A stretch of 60,775 nucleotides of DNA, taken from positions 1 to 60,775 of the forward strand of contig JBBTXR010000007.1 in NCBI GenBank assembly GCA_038062175.1, given 5' to 3'. The translations under genes were made by a program, and so were the position numbers. The stretch is from Patescibacteria group bacterium. GTDB taxonomy: Bacteria; Patescibacteriota; Minisyncoccia; Phycocordibacterales; Phycocordibacteraceae. The notes below the pieces were generated by a model that had not been told where the DNA came from, ran no database searches, and saw only the letters and a program-made list of their open reading frames with translations. Below are positions 1-8,170 of this stretch, one piece after another; within the stretch, counting starts at the first letter, position 1; the number at the start of each line of letters is the position of its first letter.

Positions 1-371
1 TGTTTGTGGTGATTCTGTTTGCAGGTGCTTCGGTGATTATTGCGCTTGCGACCATCCGTCTTGCGATCTATAGCGCCAAAGACGAGATCGCTGTCATGCG
101 ACTGGTGGGTGCGTCAAACATGTACATCCGTGGACCGTTTATCGTGGCAGGTATTCTCTCAGGTATTTTCGCTGCGATCATAGCCCTGCTGCTGTTCTAT
201 CCCGCTACCTGGTATGCCGGGAACGCACTCTCCTCGTGGCTCGGAGGATTCAACCTCTTCAAGTACTACACGGATAACTTCGTGATCGTGTTCGGGATAT
301 TGATGGGCTCAGGCATTCTTATCGGTGCGCTTGCTTCGTGGCTTGCGGTTAGGCGGTATCTCCGCGTCTAG
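1..371 (+). CDS. ftsX: Cell division permease FtsX, C-terminal fragment (5' end outside window)
   Basis: The ORF runs in from the window edge. The TM-rich C-terminus (LVGASNMYIRGPFIVAGILSG...) is typical of the FtsX permease domain. Confidence 0.75.
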   Translation, partial: FVVILFAGASVIIALATIRLAIYSAKDEIAVMRLVGASNMYIRGPFIVAGILSGIFAAIIALLLFYPATWYAGNALSSWLGGFNLFKYYTDNFVIVFGILMGSGILIGALASWLAVRRYLRV

Positions 372-373
372 GT

Positions 374-2026
374 ATGGCAAAGGCAGGACATAAATACATT
401 TTCGTCTTGGGCGGCGTGATGAGCGGCGTCGGCAAAGGTATCGCAACATCCTCGATGGGACTCATCCTTAAGGAGCGTGGATACGAGGTGAACCTTGTGA
501 AGGTGGATCCGTACTTGAACGTGGACGCCGGCACCATGAATCCAACCGAGCATGGCGAGACGTTTGTGCTCTCCTCAGGGCTTGAGACTGATCAGGACAT
601 GGGTAACTACGAGCGCTTCCTCGGACGTGATCTTGGTAGTCAGGACTACATGACCTCCGGCATGGTGTACCAGTCCGTAATTAACCGTGAACGGGCACTT
701 GAGTATGGTGGTCGGTGCGTAGAAGCGATACCACATGTACGTGACGAGATCCTTCATCGCATTGAAACTGCTGCGGACCATAATGGCAGTCAGATCTCCG
801 TGATTGAGATTGGTGGAACGGTCGGAGACTTCCAGAACGCACTCTTTATTGAGGCGGCACGTGTGATGAAGCTGAAGCATCCGAGCGATGTAGTGTTTGT
901 CATGGTGTCGTACCTCCCAGTCCCTTCGACCTTGGGTGAGATGAAGACGAAGCCGACCCAGAGCGCCGTGAGGGAATTGAACTCGTACGGTGTACAGCCC
1001 GATTTCATTCTTGCGCGAAGTAAAACTCCTATGGATGCCAAGCGCAAAGAGAAGCTTGCGATCTGGTGCAACGTGCTCCCTGAGCGCGTGATCTCCGCAC
1101 CAGATGTTGAGAGTATCTATGATGTGCCACTGAATTTTGAGAAGGACAATCTTGGTGACCTGCTTCTGGATGCGCTCTCGCTTTCAAAGGAGAAGACCGC
1201 TGACTTTACGGAGTGGAAGGAGTTTGTGGACCGTACGAAGCTTGAGAAACCAGTGGTGAAGATTGGTATCGTTGGAAAGTATTTTGATACCGGTGACTAC
1301 GTGCTCTCCGATGCCTACCTCTCGGTCATCGAGGCTATCAAGTTCTCGGCAGCTACCGTTGGCGTAAAGGCGGTCATTGAATGGGTGAATGCAAAGCAGG
1401 TTGAATCAAGCAAGGATGCCGAGAAGCTCGAGCAGTACGACGGCATCATCGTTCCCGGAGGCTTTGGTGAGACTGGCATCGAAGGCAAGATCAAGTCTGC
1501 AGAATACGCACGTAACCATCGCATTCCATACTTTGGTCTCTGCTATGGCATGCACATGCTCGTGATTGAGTATGCGCGTAATATCCTCGGACTTGAGGGA
1601 GCACACACTGTTGAGATCGATCCAAATGCCGCACATCCAGTCATTGACGTGATGCCTGATCAAAAGGCTTTGATTGCAGAAGGGAAGTACGGTGGCACCA
1701 TGCGACTTGGAACGTATCCTTGTGACCTTGGGACAGGTACTATCGCACAGGAAGCGTATGGAACCAATCAGGTTGATGAGCGCCATCGCCATCGCTATGA
1801 GGTGAATCCTGAATACATTGAGCAGCTCGAGAAGAAGGGTCTGGTGTTCTCTGGAAAGTCTCCTGACGGAGTGCTTATGGAGATCGCTGAGCTACCAAAG
1901 AGCGAGCATCCGTTCTATCTCGGTTGCCAGTTCCATCCGGAACTTCAGGCGCGTCCGCTCACGCCGCATCCGTTGTTTACAAAATTTCTCGAGGCGGCAC
2001 TCAAGAGGAGTGAGCTCAAGGCATAA
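374..2026 (+). CDS. pyrG: CTP synthase
   Basis: 550 aa. N-terminal KYIFVLGGVMSGVGKGI synthetase motif and C-terminal glutamine amidotransferase (GLCYGMH, HRHRYEVN). Confidence 0.95.
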   Translation: MAKAGHKYIFVLGGVMSGVGKGIATSSMGLILKERGYEVNLVKVDPYLNVDAGTMNPTEHGETFVLSSGLETDQDMGNYERFLGRDLGSQDYMTSGMVYQSVINRERALEYGGRCVEAIPHVRDEILHRIETAADHNGSQISVIEIGGTVGDFQNALFIEAARVMKLKHPSDVVFVMVSYLPVPSTLGEMKTKPTQSAVRELNSYGVQPDFILARSKTPMDAKRKEKLAIWCNVLPERVISAPDVESIYDVPLNFEKDNLGDLLLDALSLSKEKTADFTEWKEFVDRTKLEKPVVKIGIVGKYFDTGDYVLSDAYLSVIEAIKFSAATVGVKAVIEWVNAKQVESSKDAEKLEQYDGIIVPGGFGETGIEGKIKSAEYARNHRIPYFGLCYGMHMLVIEYARNILGLEGAHTVEIDPNAAHPVIDVMPDQKALIAEGKYGGTMRLGTYPCDLGTGTIAQEAYGTNQVDERHRHRYEVNPEYIEQLEKKGLVFSGKSPDGVLMEIAELPKSEHPFYLGCQFHPELQARPLTPHPLFTKFLEAALKRSELKA

Positions 2027-2031
2027 AGAAG

Positions 2032-2056
2032 ACGGCCTCCCGAAAAGGGAGGCCGT
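2032..2056. terminator. Bidirectional hairpin between convergent pyrG and the 2085-2564 gene
   Basis: Perfect 10-bp stem ACGGCCTCCC / GGGAGGCCGT with a GAAAA loop. A T-rich tail follows on the minus-strand side. Confidence 0.6.
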
Positions 2057-2084
2057 GTTAGTAAGGCGCGCATGCGCCGAAAGA

Positions 2085-2564
2085 TCATGTCACTTCGACT
2101 AGCCGCGGCTTGAAGAATCGCTCGATGTGCTCCTCTTCATTGGTATCCTTCGCCCAGAAAAGGGCGTCGGAGAGTTTGGCGATGCGGTTGCGCTTCTCGG
2201 GTCGCAGTCGGAGGATCGATGGCACCTCCTTGAAAAGATCTTGAGTCGAGAGTCCTTCGACTGGTCGTTCCTTGCATGCTTCAAGCAGATCCATCGCTGC
2301 TTGGAAGCGCTGTATTCCCCTCTCGCCAGGAAACAGGGCGAGATTAAGCTCGATCGCACGAAACGGAATATCAACCGTAGTGCGTGAGCTAACGATGTCG
2401 AACTCGGTACAGTTCACCATCAGCTCCTGGATTTCTCCTTCGCTCAGATAGACCTTCCGCGCCTCAAATAGTGGATGCGGGTTGAGCTTGTTTTGGTACA
2501 ACGTGTTCCAAAACAAGAACCCGTATTCACGGGCGAAGGGTTGAAGAATCACATACAAACTCAC
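2085..2564 (-). CDS. Hypothetical protein (159 aa), SD-led with GTG start
   Basis: Long ORF. GGGAGG lies 5 nt upstream of the GTG start (2570-2575 on plus coordinates). I recognised no domain. Confidence 0.55.
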   Translation of the reverse strand: MSLYVILQPFAREYGFLFWNTLYQNKLNPHPLFEARKVYLSEGEIQELMVNCTEFDIVSSRTTVDIPFRAIELNLALFPGERGIQRFQAAMDLLEACKERPVEGLSTQDLFKEVPSILRLRPEKRNRIAKLSDALFWAKDTNEEEHIERFFKPRLVEVT

Positions 2565-2685
2565 AGTGGCCTCCCTGTACGTGGCATGATGCCTGAACGA
2601 GTAATTAATTTATAGCTCATATTCATTGCACCGTCAACTCATCTGTACGGCGATATACTACTCGCGTACTCGTAATTATTTCCGT

Positions 2686-3126
2686 ATGGAAGTACCTATT
2701 AACTATCTTGCAGTGCTCGTCTCAGCAGTGGCAGCCATCGTGCTCGGCGCTCTCTGGTATGGTCCGTTGTTTGGTAAGGCCTGGATGAAGGAGGTCGGCT
2801 ACACGAATGACGACGTGCAAAAGGCAAAGACTGACCCTAAGACTAAAAGCGCGATGATGCGCAGCTATGTGCTTATGGCGGTTGGAGCGCTCGTCATGGC
2901 ATTTGTATTCGCACACTCACTTGCGTTCGCCAACTACTATCTCGATACATCGGGGGTAGGAGCAGGACTCACCGGTGCGTTCTGGAACTGGCTTGGCTTT
3001 ATTGCTCCCGTCACGCTTGCACCTATGCTCTGGGAGGGGAAGAGTGCTAAGTACTGGGCTATCACCGGCGGCTACTATTTCGTGTCGCTTGGGGTAATGG
3101 GTATCATCCTTGGTCTCTGGGTGTAG
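2686..3126 (+). CDS. DUF1761-like membrane protein
   Basis: MEVPINYLAVLVSAVAAIVLGALWYGPLFGKAWM is the DUF1761 signature, with 4 predicted TM segments. I chose the internal ATG over the upstream ORF extension. Confidence 0.65.
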   Translation: MEVPINYLAVLVSAVAAIVLGALWYGPLFGKAWMKEVGYTNDDVQKAKTDPKTKSAMMRSYVLMAVGALVMAFVFAHSLAFANYYLDTSGVGAGLTGAFWNWLGFIAPVTLAPMLWEGKSAKYWAITGGYYFVSLGVMGIILGLWV

Positions 3127-3193
3127 TACGCGTTATCCACATGCCGTATGTGAGGGACTTGCGTCTCTAAACCCTCAGCGGTACAGTGTCTCT

Positions 3194-3230
3194 ACTAAGT
3201 CCTGGCTCTGCCAGGACTTAGTACTTTTTA
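3194..3230 (+). terminator. Rho-independent terminator
   Basis: 12-bp stem ACTAAGTCCTGG / CCAGGACTTAGT followed by ACTTTTTA. Confidence 0.75.
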
Positions 3231-3235
3231 TACGG

Positions 3236-3264
3236 TTGAATGTGTGCCCCTTTTCCAGTATTGT
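3236..3264 (+). promoter_or_regulatory. Sigma-70-like promoter for tRNA-Gln
   Basis: TTGAAT, 17-nt spacer, TATTGT, about 30 nt upstream of the tRNA 5' end. Confidence 0.5.
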
Positions 3265-3296
3265 GTCATCGACGGCGGCGTGAGCCGCTTCGTCAT

Positions 3297-3367
3297 TGCG
3301 GGATCGTCTAATGGTAGGACAGCGCTCTCTGGAGGCGTTTATCTAGGTTCGAGTCCTAGTCCCGCAG
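3297..3367 (+). tRNA. tRNA-Gln (anticodon CTG)
   Basis: I folded the cloverleaf by hand. Acceptor TGCGGGA/TCCCGCA with the U1:A72 pair and G73 typical of bacterial tRNA-Gln. D arm GTCT/GGAC. Anticodon stem GCGCT/GGCGT with loop CTCTGGA. T arm CTAGG-TTCGAGT-CCTAG. No encoded CCA. Confidence 0.85.
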
Positions 3368-3425
3368 CTGCTATAAAAGCTCTCACAGAGGGTTATCAAT
3401 GTTACAACTCTGCTACACTGTATGC

Positions 3426-3581
3426 ATGGAAAAAGTAAAGATTGAGCACCACACGACCGCGGGAGGATTCTGGATTGCTGGATGGTTGTTCACCATCGGT
3501 TTTCTCCACCTTAGTTTTTGGAAGGGTGTTTTGGCAATTGTGCTCTGGCCATACTTCCTCGGATTGGTATTGGCGATGTAG
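3426..3581 (+). CDS. Small membrane protein (51 aa)
   Basis: Two hydrophobic helices. The extended -10 TGcTACACT (3411-3419) lies 6 nt before the ATG, with GTTACA 17 nt upstream of the hexamer. Confidence 0.55.
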   Translation: MEKVKIEHHTTAGGFWIAGWLFTIGFLHLSFWKGVLAIVLWPYFLGLVLAM

Positions 3582-3600
3582 GTTACTGTAACGACATACT

Positions 3601-4053
3601 ATGACTGACGGCTACTCTGACTACAAAATGAATGAACCAAAGCCCGGGATACGGCACTATTACGGCGACTACGTTCGCTTCTGTTTCCTTGCGGCTGCAG
3701 TAGTCTCTTTCGTAGCACTTCCTCTATGGGGCGATCTGCTTCCGTTCGGCCTCTTTGCACAGATAACGGGAGGACTCATTCTCGTGCTTCTGGCAGGGCT
3801 CACCAATCCGCATAGCAAGGTGATCATGGTATTGAATGCTATTGCAGCAGGCGTCGGTGCACTTTTGGTTGAAGCTACTGCAATTACCCGTCACGCCATT
3901 GACCCCGTGCAACTTCTTCTCGTCCGCGAGATCGAGGTGGTGCTTCTTGTTCTTGCGTTCTATTTTGCGGTGAAGACCGCTCGCTCCATGTTCCTCCATA
4001 AGGTAGGGGAGACCGAGCGCCCTTGGGAGTTCGATAAGACGCCTACGGAGTAA
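3601..4053 (+). CDS. Hypothetical membrane protein (150 aa)
   Basis: ORF with 4 hydrophobic segments and no recognised domain. Confidence 0.55.
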   Translation: MTDGYSDYKMNEPKPGIRHYYGDYVRFCFLAAAVVSFVALPLWGDLLPFGLFAQITGGLILVLLAGLTNPHSKVIMVLNAIAAGVGALLVEATAITRHAIDPVQLLLVREIEVVLLVLAFYFAVKTARSMFLHKVGETERPWEFDKTPTE

Positions 4054-4495
4054 CGTCGGTGAACGCCTCGTCGGTGCCACTTGCCCCCGCAAACTTCCCA
4101 AGCCTCGTCCAGGTCGGCGTGAGTCGGTAGAACAAGATGGTCGTGGGATCGAGATGCGTCAGTGGCGCAAAGTCAGGACCCTGTTTCATAAAGTTATCCA
4201 TGAGCCGCTTCACGATGGGATCGATGAGGGCGGTATCAGGTTCAGCGGTGACCACTCCCTCAATCTGTAGTGTGCGAGGTGATTCGGGGTCAGACACCAC
4301 AAAAGCCGCACGAGGGTCGTGGTTGATGTCATCGACCTTGCGAGTGCCTGCAAGCGTCATGAAGAAGATCTCAAAGGCGTCATTGGCAACGTAGTACAGG
4401 GTTCGTGACCGAGGCTGCCCATCAGGCGCTACCGTTGAAAGTACGCCGAGCATGTTGCTTGTAAGGAGGGCGAGTGCGTCTGGGTCGGTAGTCAT
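4043..4495 (-). CDS. Pyridoxamine 5'-phosphate oxidase-family (FMN-binding split barrel) protein
   Basis: The pattern LGVLSTVAPDGQPRSRTLYY...FFMTLAGTRKVDDI is typical of the PNPOx-like family. Confidence 0.65.
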   Translation of the reverse strand: MTTDPDALALLTSNMLGVLSTVAPDGQPRSRTLYYVANDAFEIFFMTLAGTRKVDDINHDPRAAFVVSDPESPRTLQIEGVVTAEPDTALIDPIVKRLMDNFMKQGPDFAPLTHLDPTTILFYRLTPTWTRLGKFAGASGTDEAFTDVTP

Positions 4496-4536
4496 GGCTA
4501 TAAGTGTACACCCCCCGAAAGTGGTACCATATACCT

Positions 4537-4944
4537 ATGAAAGGATTCGTAACCAATATAGAAGCGGAGACCCTTGAGAACGAGGATTTTCGTCGGGTGC
4601 TCTATACCGCAGAACACTGCCAGCTCGTTGTGATGTCGATTGCAGCCGGCGAGGACATCGGCGAGGAGGTGCATGACGTCGATCAGTTCATCCGCATCGA
4701 GGAAGGTGAGGGGCAGAGTATTCTTGATGGTGTTGAACGGGACCTTACTGATGGATCAGTCGTGGTAATTCCTGCTGGGGTGCGCCACAACATCAAGAAC
4801 ATGTCTTCAAGCGATGCACTCAAGCTCTACACGCTCTATGCTCCTCCCCATCATGAGGATGCAACGGTCCATAAGACGAAGAAGGATGCGTTGAAAGACG
4901 ACGAGCATTTCGACGGAGAAACCACGGACACGCTCGGTGCGTAG
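4537..4944 (+). CDS. Cupin-domain protein
   Basis: Cupin_2 pattern GEEVHDVDQFIRIEEGEG...VVIPAGVRHNIKN. TGgTACCAT lies 6 nt upstream of this ATG. Confidence 0.7.
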   Translation: MKGFVTNIEAETLENEDFRRVLYTAEHCQLVVMSIAAGEDIGEEVHDVDQFIRIEEGEGQSILDGVERDLTDGSVVVIPAGVRHNIKNMSSSDALKLYTLYAPPHHEDATVHKTKKDALKDDEHFDGETTDTLGA

Positions 4945-4959
4945 TCTGGAGCAAGCGTT

Positions 4960-5418
4960 CTAGCGCGGCTCGATACTCTCGAGCTTCGCCTTCATCCAAT
5001 CGATCTCGGCCTGTTGACCGGAGAGGATGTTGGCACAGAGCTCATGGATCTGCGGATCAGTAAGATCCGCCTTTTCACACATAAGAATGGCCCCGGCGTG
5101 GTGTGGAATCATTGATCGTAGGAACTGCTCGTCACCAATCGCCGTTTGCTCACGGATAAAGAGATACGAAGTAGCAAGAAGGAGGATACCGAACGCAATA
5201 AGAACCAGGTTCCATTTCTTATTAGGGTACATAGATTTCATGAGCCACAGCTCAAGGATGAGCATGGGTGACGCCATAAGCGCAGCCATATAGAGCTGAT
5301 TGTGATTTGGTAGTGCATTCGCAGCGGTATTCACCATCGCATACATAAGCACGTACATGGCAACAAGATGCAGTGCGAACATAAGGAGAAGGCGCCCGTA
5401 GTTTTTTGTGTGATCCAT
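4960..5418 (-). CDS. DUF305-domain membrane protein
   Basis: 3 N-terminal TM helices plus MIPHHAGAILMCEKA...GQQAEIDWM (the DUF305 His motif). Divergent from csoR. Confidence 0.7.
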   Translation of the reverse strand: MDHTKNYGRLLLMFALHLVAMYVLMYAMVNTAANALPNHNQLYMAALMASPMLILELWLMKSMYPNKKWNLVLIAFGILLLATSYLFIREQTAIGDEQFLRSMIPHHAGAILMCEKADLTDPQIHELCANILSGQQAEIDWMKAKLESIEPR

Positions 5419-5445
5419 ACCTATACGATAGCTCTGATGAGCGTA

Positions 5446-5473
5446 TTGACACTATACCCCCAGGGGGTATTAT
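5446..5473 (+). promoter_or_regulatory. csoR promoter with a CsoR-type operator in the spacer
   Basis: TTGACA (5446-5451), 16-nt spacer, TATTAT (5468-5473), then ATG 6 nt later. The 17-nt palindrome ATACCCCCAGGGGGTAT (5454-5470) matches the GC-cored CsoR operator type. Confidence 0.75.
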
Positions 5474-5479
5474 GGGTAT

Positions 5480-5746
5480 ATGAAAACGGAAGCAAAGAAA
5501 CAGGTGCTTAATCGTTTGAGTCGGATAGAAGGGCAGGTGCGGGGGCTGAAGAAGATGGTTGAAGAGGATACGTACTGTGTCGATGTTATTACGCAGACGT
5601 CTGCGGTGAAGCGTGCGCTCTCAGGAGTGGAGGATCAGCTACTTGAAAGTCATCTCGCCACGTGTGTCGTCGGTCAGATGAAAAAGGGGCAGCACGATAA
5701 GGCGACGAAGGAGATATTAAAGGTGTACGCACTTAAACGCGCATAA
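5480..5746 (+). CDS. csoR: CsoR-family Cu(I)-sensing repressor
   Basis: 88 aa. LNRLSRIEGQVRGL helix and the C-H-C ligand fingerprint (YCVDV ... ESHLATC). Confidence 0.85.
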   Translation: MKTEAKKQVLNRLSRIEGQVRGLKKMVEEDTYCVDVITQTSAVKRALSGVEDQLLESHLATCVVGQMKKGQHDKATKEILKVYALKRA

Positions 5747-5747
5747 T

Positions 5748-6200
5748 ATGGAGCACAATCACGGACAGTCACTCAACCAGTTAGCCTTCAGTGCTACGCT
5801 TCATTGTCTTACCGGGTGTGCCACCGGCGAAGTGCTCGGTCTGGTCATTGGTACCGCGCTTGGATGGGGTGCCGGACAGACCATCGTGCTCGCGGTAGCA
5901 CTCGCATTTCTTTTTGGCTATATGTTCACCATGATCCCGTTGTTGCGACATGGCATGACGCTTGGAGCAGCACTTGGGCTAGCACTCGCATCAGATACTG
6001 CCTCTATTGCGATCATGGAAGTGGTGGACAATGCGGTCATGCTGCTTATCCCAGGCGCCATGACGGCAGGGCTTGTAAGCCCGGTGTTCTGGGGGAGTAT
6101 GGTGATCGCGCTTGCGGTAGCCGGTATATTCGCTTTCCCGGTGAACCGCTGGCTGATTGCGAGAGGGAAAGGGCATGCGCTTGTGCACGCTCATCATTAA
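5748..6200 (+). CDS. DUF4396-like membrane protein with a TM1 Cys motif
   Basis: SATLHCLTGCATGEVLGLVIGTALGW plus 4 TM helices. Starts 1 nt after the csoR stop. Confidence 0.65.
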   Translation: MEHNHGQSLNQLAFSATLHCLTGCATGEVLGLVIGTALGWGAGQTIVLAVALAFLFGYMFTMIPLLRHGMTLGAALGLALASDTASIAIMEVVDNAVMLLIPGAMTAGLVSPVFWGSMVIALAVAGIFAFPVNRWLIARGKGHALVHAHH

Positions 6201-6219
6201 GAACTACTAACTCACTACT

Positions 6220-6600
6220 ATGGATACAAAGATTCTTCTCGTCGCGCTTATCGCCCTTGTTATTGGTGTAGGTGGCGGGTACGCGCTCGCCGCGAACAAG
6301 ACGCCCGATCAACACATGATGGCAAACGGCAACATGATGCATGGCTCTATGCATAGCGGCATGCAGGGCGAGATGGAGGGTATGATGGCTGGTCTTGCAG
6401 GAAAGACAGGAGATGACTTCGATAAGGCCTTTCTTGCCGAAATGATCATGCACCACGAAGGGGCGGTTGATATGGCGGAGGCAGCGCTCCGAGACGCTAA
6501 GCATGCTGAGATTAAACAGATGGCGAATGCGATCATCGCTGCTCAGACGACTGAAATAAACCAAATGAAGCAGTGGCAGGAGGCGTGGTACGGACGATAA
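6220..6600 (+). CDS. Secreted or anchored DUF305 protein with a Met/His-rich segment
   Basis: N-terminal anchor, HMMANGNMMHGSMHSGMQGEMEGMMAG, then the DUF305 core MIMHHEGAVDMA...QTTEINQMKQW. Confidence 0.75.
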   Translation: MDTKILLVALIALVIGVGGGYALAANKTPDQHMMANGNMMHGSMHSGMQGEMEGMMAGLAGKTGDDFDKAFLAEMIMHHEGAVDMAEAALRDAKHAEIKQMANAIIAAQTTEINQMKQWQEAWYGR

Positions 6601-6615
6601 TACTTTCTTTTTCAG

Positions 6616-6642
6616 AAAACCGCCGTAAAGAAGCGGTTTTTT
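6616..6642 (+). terminator. Rho-independent terminator of the copper operon
   Basis: AAAACCGC / GCGGTTTT stem followed by a T-run. Confidence 0.7.
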
Positions 6643-6709
6643 GATTGCGTAGGTTCTAATCTTGCTCGACGCTCACCGCCAGAGCTTGCTGTCGCGGTAT
6701 AATATGCAG

Positions 6710-8170
6710 ATGAAGAGTTCATTATTATCGCGGAGCAAGCGCCGTCCGACTGAACCGTTGGTTGTGCATGATATCGCTATGACAGGACCAAAGGTGCTGA
6801 GTCTGCGTACAGAGCGACCCGCACTACTCTCCCGTATCTGCCGGTATGCAGCGCTCCATAAGCGACTCGTGTCGCTGCTCCTGTGTGCCGCGATAGTCAG
6901 CGGAAGTTTCGGTTTATATAAGACAGGCGCACAGGCACAGTCTTCGACCTACTTCGCAAGTTCCTGTCTTGGGGGTTGGGAGAATACGTCGCTGGCCGAG
7001 GGAGAACCCGATGTGCGTGGTCTGTTGGATGAGCATAACTCAGCGCTGCTTTCCGGGGATCGACAGGCTCAGATCTTCTGTAGCGGGTTTGCAGGAGAGA
7101 TCCCAGAAGGGTCAACGCATACGGGCGTGCGTGCGCACATATCATGGCAGACACGGCAGGTTGATCCTCCCGCAACGACCACTATCGTTGCCGACGAGTC
7201 GTTTGAATCAGCTGCGATAGAAATAATCGACCTCACTGAGGACGAGCCTGCGGTCATCGAGCTTCCGATTACGGAACCCGTTGAGGTTGAGAGCGTACCG
7301 GGTACTGATCACGTACCAGACGAAGCGGTCGAGTCTGTCGTAGAGGAATCCGACCCCGTTGAAGCAGAATCTGCTGCAGACGAACCTGCTCCTTCTGAAG
7401 CAGAACCTGCTGCAGAGACTTCGGCCTTCATCCGATACATCCTTCCGCGTGCTCATGCGCAGGAGCTTGAAGAGGGTGCATCTACGACAACTGAAGCCTC
7501 AGCAGTCTCGACCGCTTTCTTCGAAGTGCTCTACACCCTTGATGGTGTGGTGTGGCATTCACTCGGCCTCGTTGAACAGGTAGACGGAGACAGCTCGTTT
7601 GAGATCCCCATTTCCGAATTCACATCAGTCGATGATCTCTCGGAACTCCAGCTTGCCGTACATACGCTTCCGACCGTCGAAACCCGTACAGATGTGCTTC
7701 TTGATGCAATGTGGGTGGAGGTGGAGTATACGGGCGGACTTGCGCCTCTCGAGGAGCTTCTCACTCCGATTGAGGATGTCCTCATTACTCCGGCGGCTAC
7801 AGTGCTTTCTATACGCATCTTCGATAAGGAGATTATCATCGACGCTCGCGCTGCCCACGGGTGCGAGGCAGAGACATTTCGAGTAGATATGTCGCATGAA
7901 AGGACTCGGGACGCGCGTATCTTGCTCTCTGGAAGCGCGGGAGAGGGCGCAGAGCTTGAGATAGGAGCGCTACCGCAGGGTATCGATATCAGGTTTGCAG
8001 CCACCAATGAGTACGTCTATCGCCCCGCTTCAGGTGAAGAGACGGTCGAGCTCACGCTCGCAAATGAGCGAGGAGCACAAGAGGGAGACTTCACGGTACC
8101 TATCATCTATACCCGTCAGGAGCCGGAGCAGTCCTCGGTCATCTGTCAGATTAATATTGTGAATCAATGA
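6710..8170 (+). CDS. Envelope operon protein P1: membrane-anchored, with an acidic Pro/Glu-rich linker
   Basis: Basic N-terminus, one TM (LVSLLLCAAIVSGSFGLY) and the acidic tract ESVVEESDPVEAESAADEPAPSEAEPAAE. TATAAT (6698-6703) lies 6 nt upstream of ATG 6710; an alternative ATG is at 6704. Its stop overlaps the P2 start (ATGA). Confidence 0.55.
   Translation: MKSSLLSRSKRRPTEPLVVHDIAMTGPKVLSLRTERPALLSRICRYAALHKRLVSLLLCAAIVSGSFGLYKTGAQAQSSTYFASSCLGGWENTSLAEGEPDVRGLLDEHNSALLSGDRQAQIFCSGFAGEIPEGSTHTGVRAHISWQTRQVDPPATTTIVADESFESAAIEIIDLTEDEPAVIELPITEPVEVESVPGTDHVPDEAVESVVEESDPVEAESAADEPAPSEAEPAAETSAFIRYILPRAHAQELEEGASTTTEASAVSTAFFEVLYTLDGVVWHSLGLVEQVDGDSSFEIPISEFTSVDDLSELQLAVHTLPTVETRTDVLLDAMWVEVEYTGGLAPLEELLTPIEDVLITPAATVLSIRIFDKEIIIDARAAHGCEAETFRVDMSHERTRDARILLSGSAGEGAELEIGALPQGIDIRFAATNEYVYRPASGEETVELTLANERGAQEGDFTVPIIYTRQEPEQSSVICQINIVNQ

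Noticed and set aside
3244-3438. 64-aa ORF spanning the tRNA-Gln
   Set aside because: The region folds into a canonical tRNA with its own promoter, so the ORF is coincidental.
5804-6564. ORFs 5804-6271 (+) and 6046-6564 (-) overlapping the copper operon
   Set aside because: They are alternative frames of the DUF4396 and DUF305 genes, Arg/His-rich with no motifs. The chosen frames show family signatures and tight coupling to csoR.
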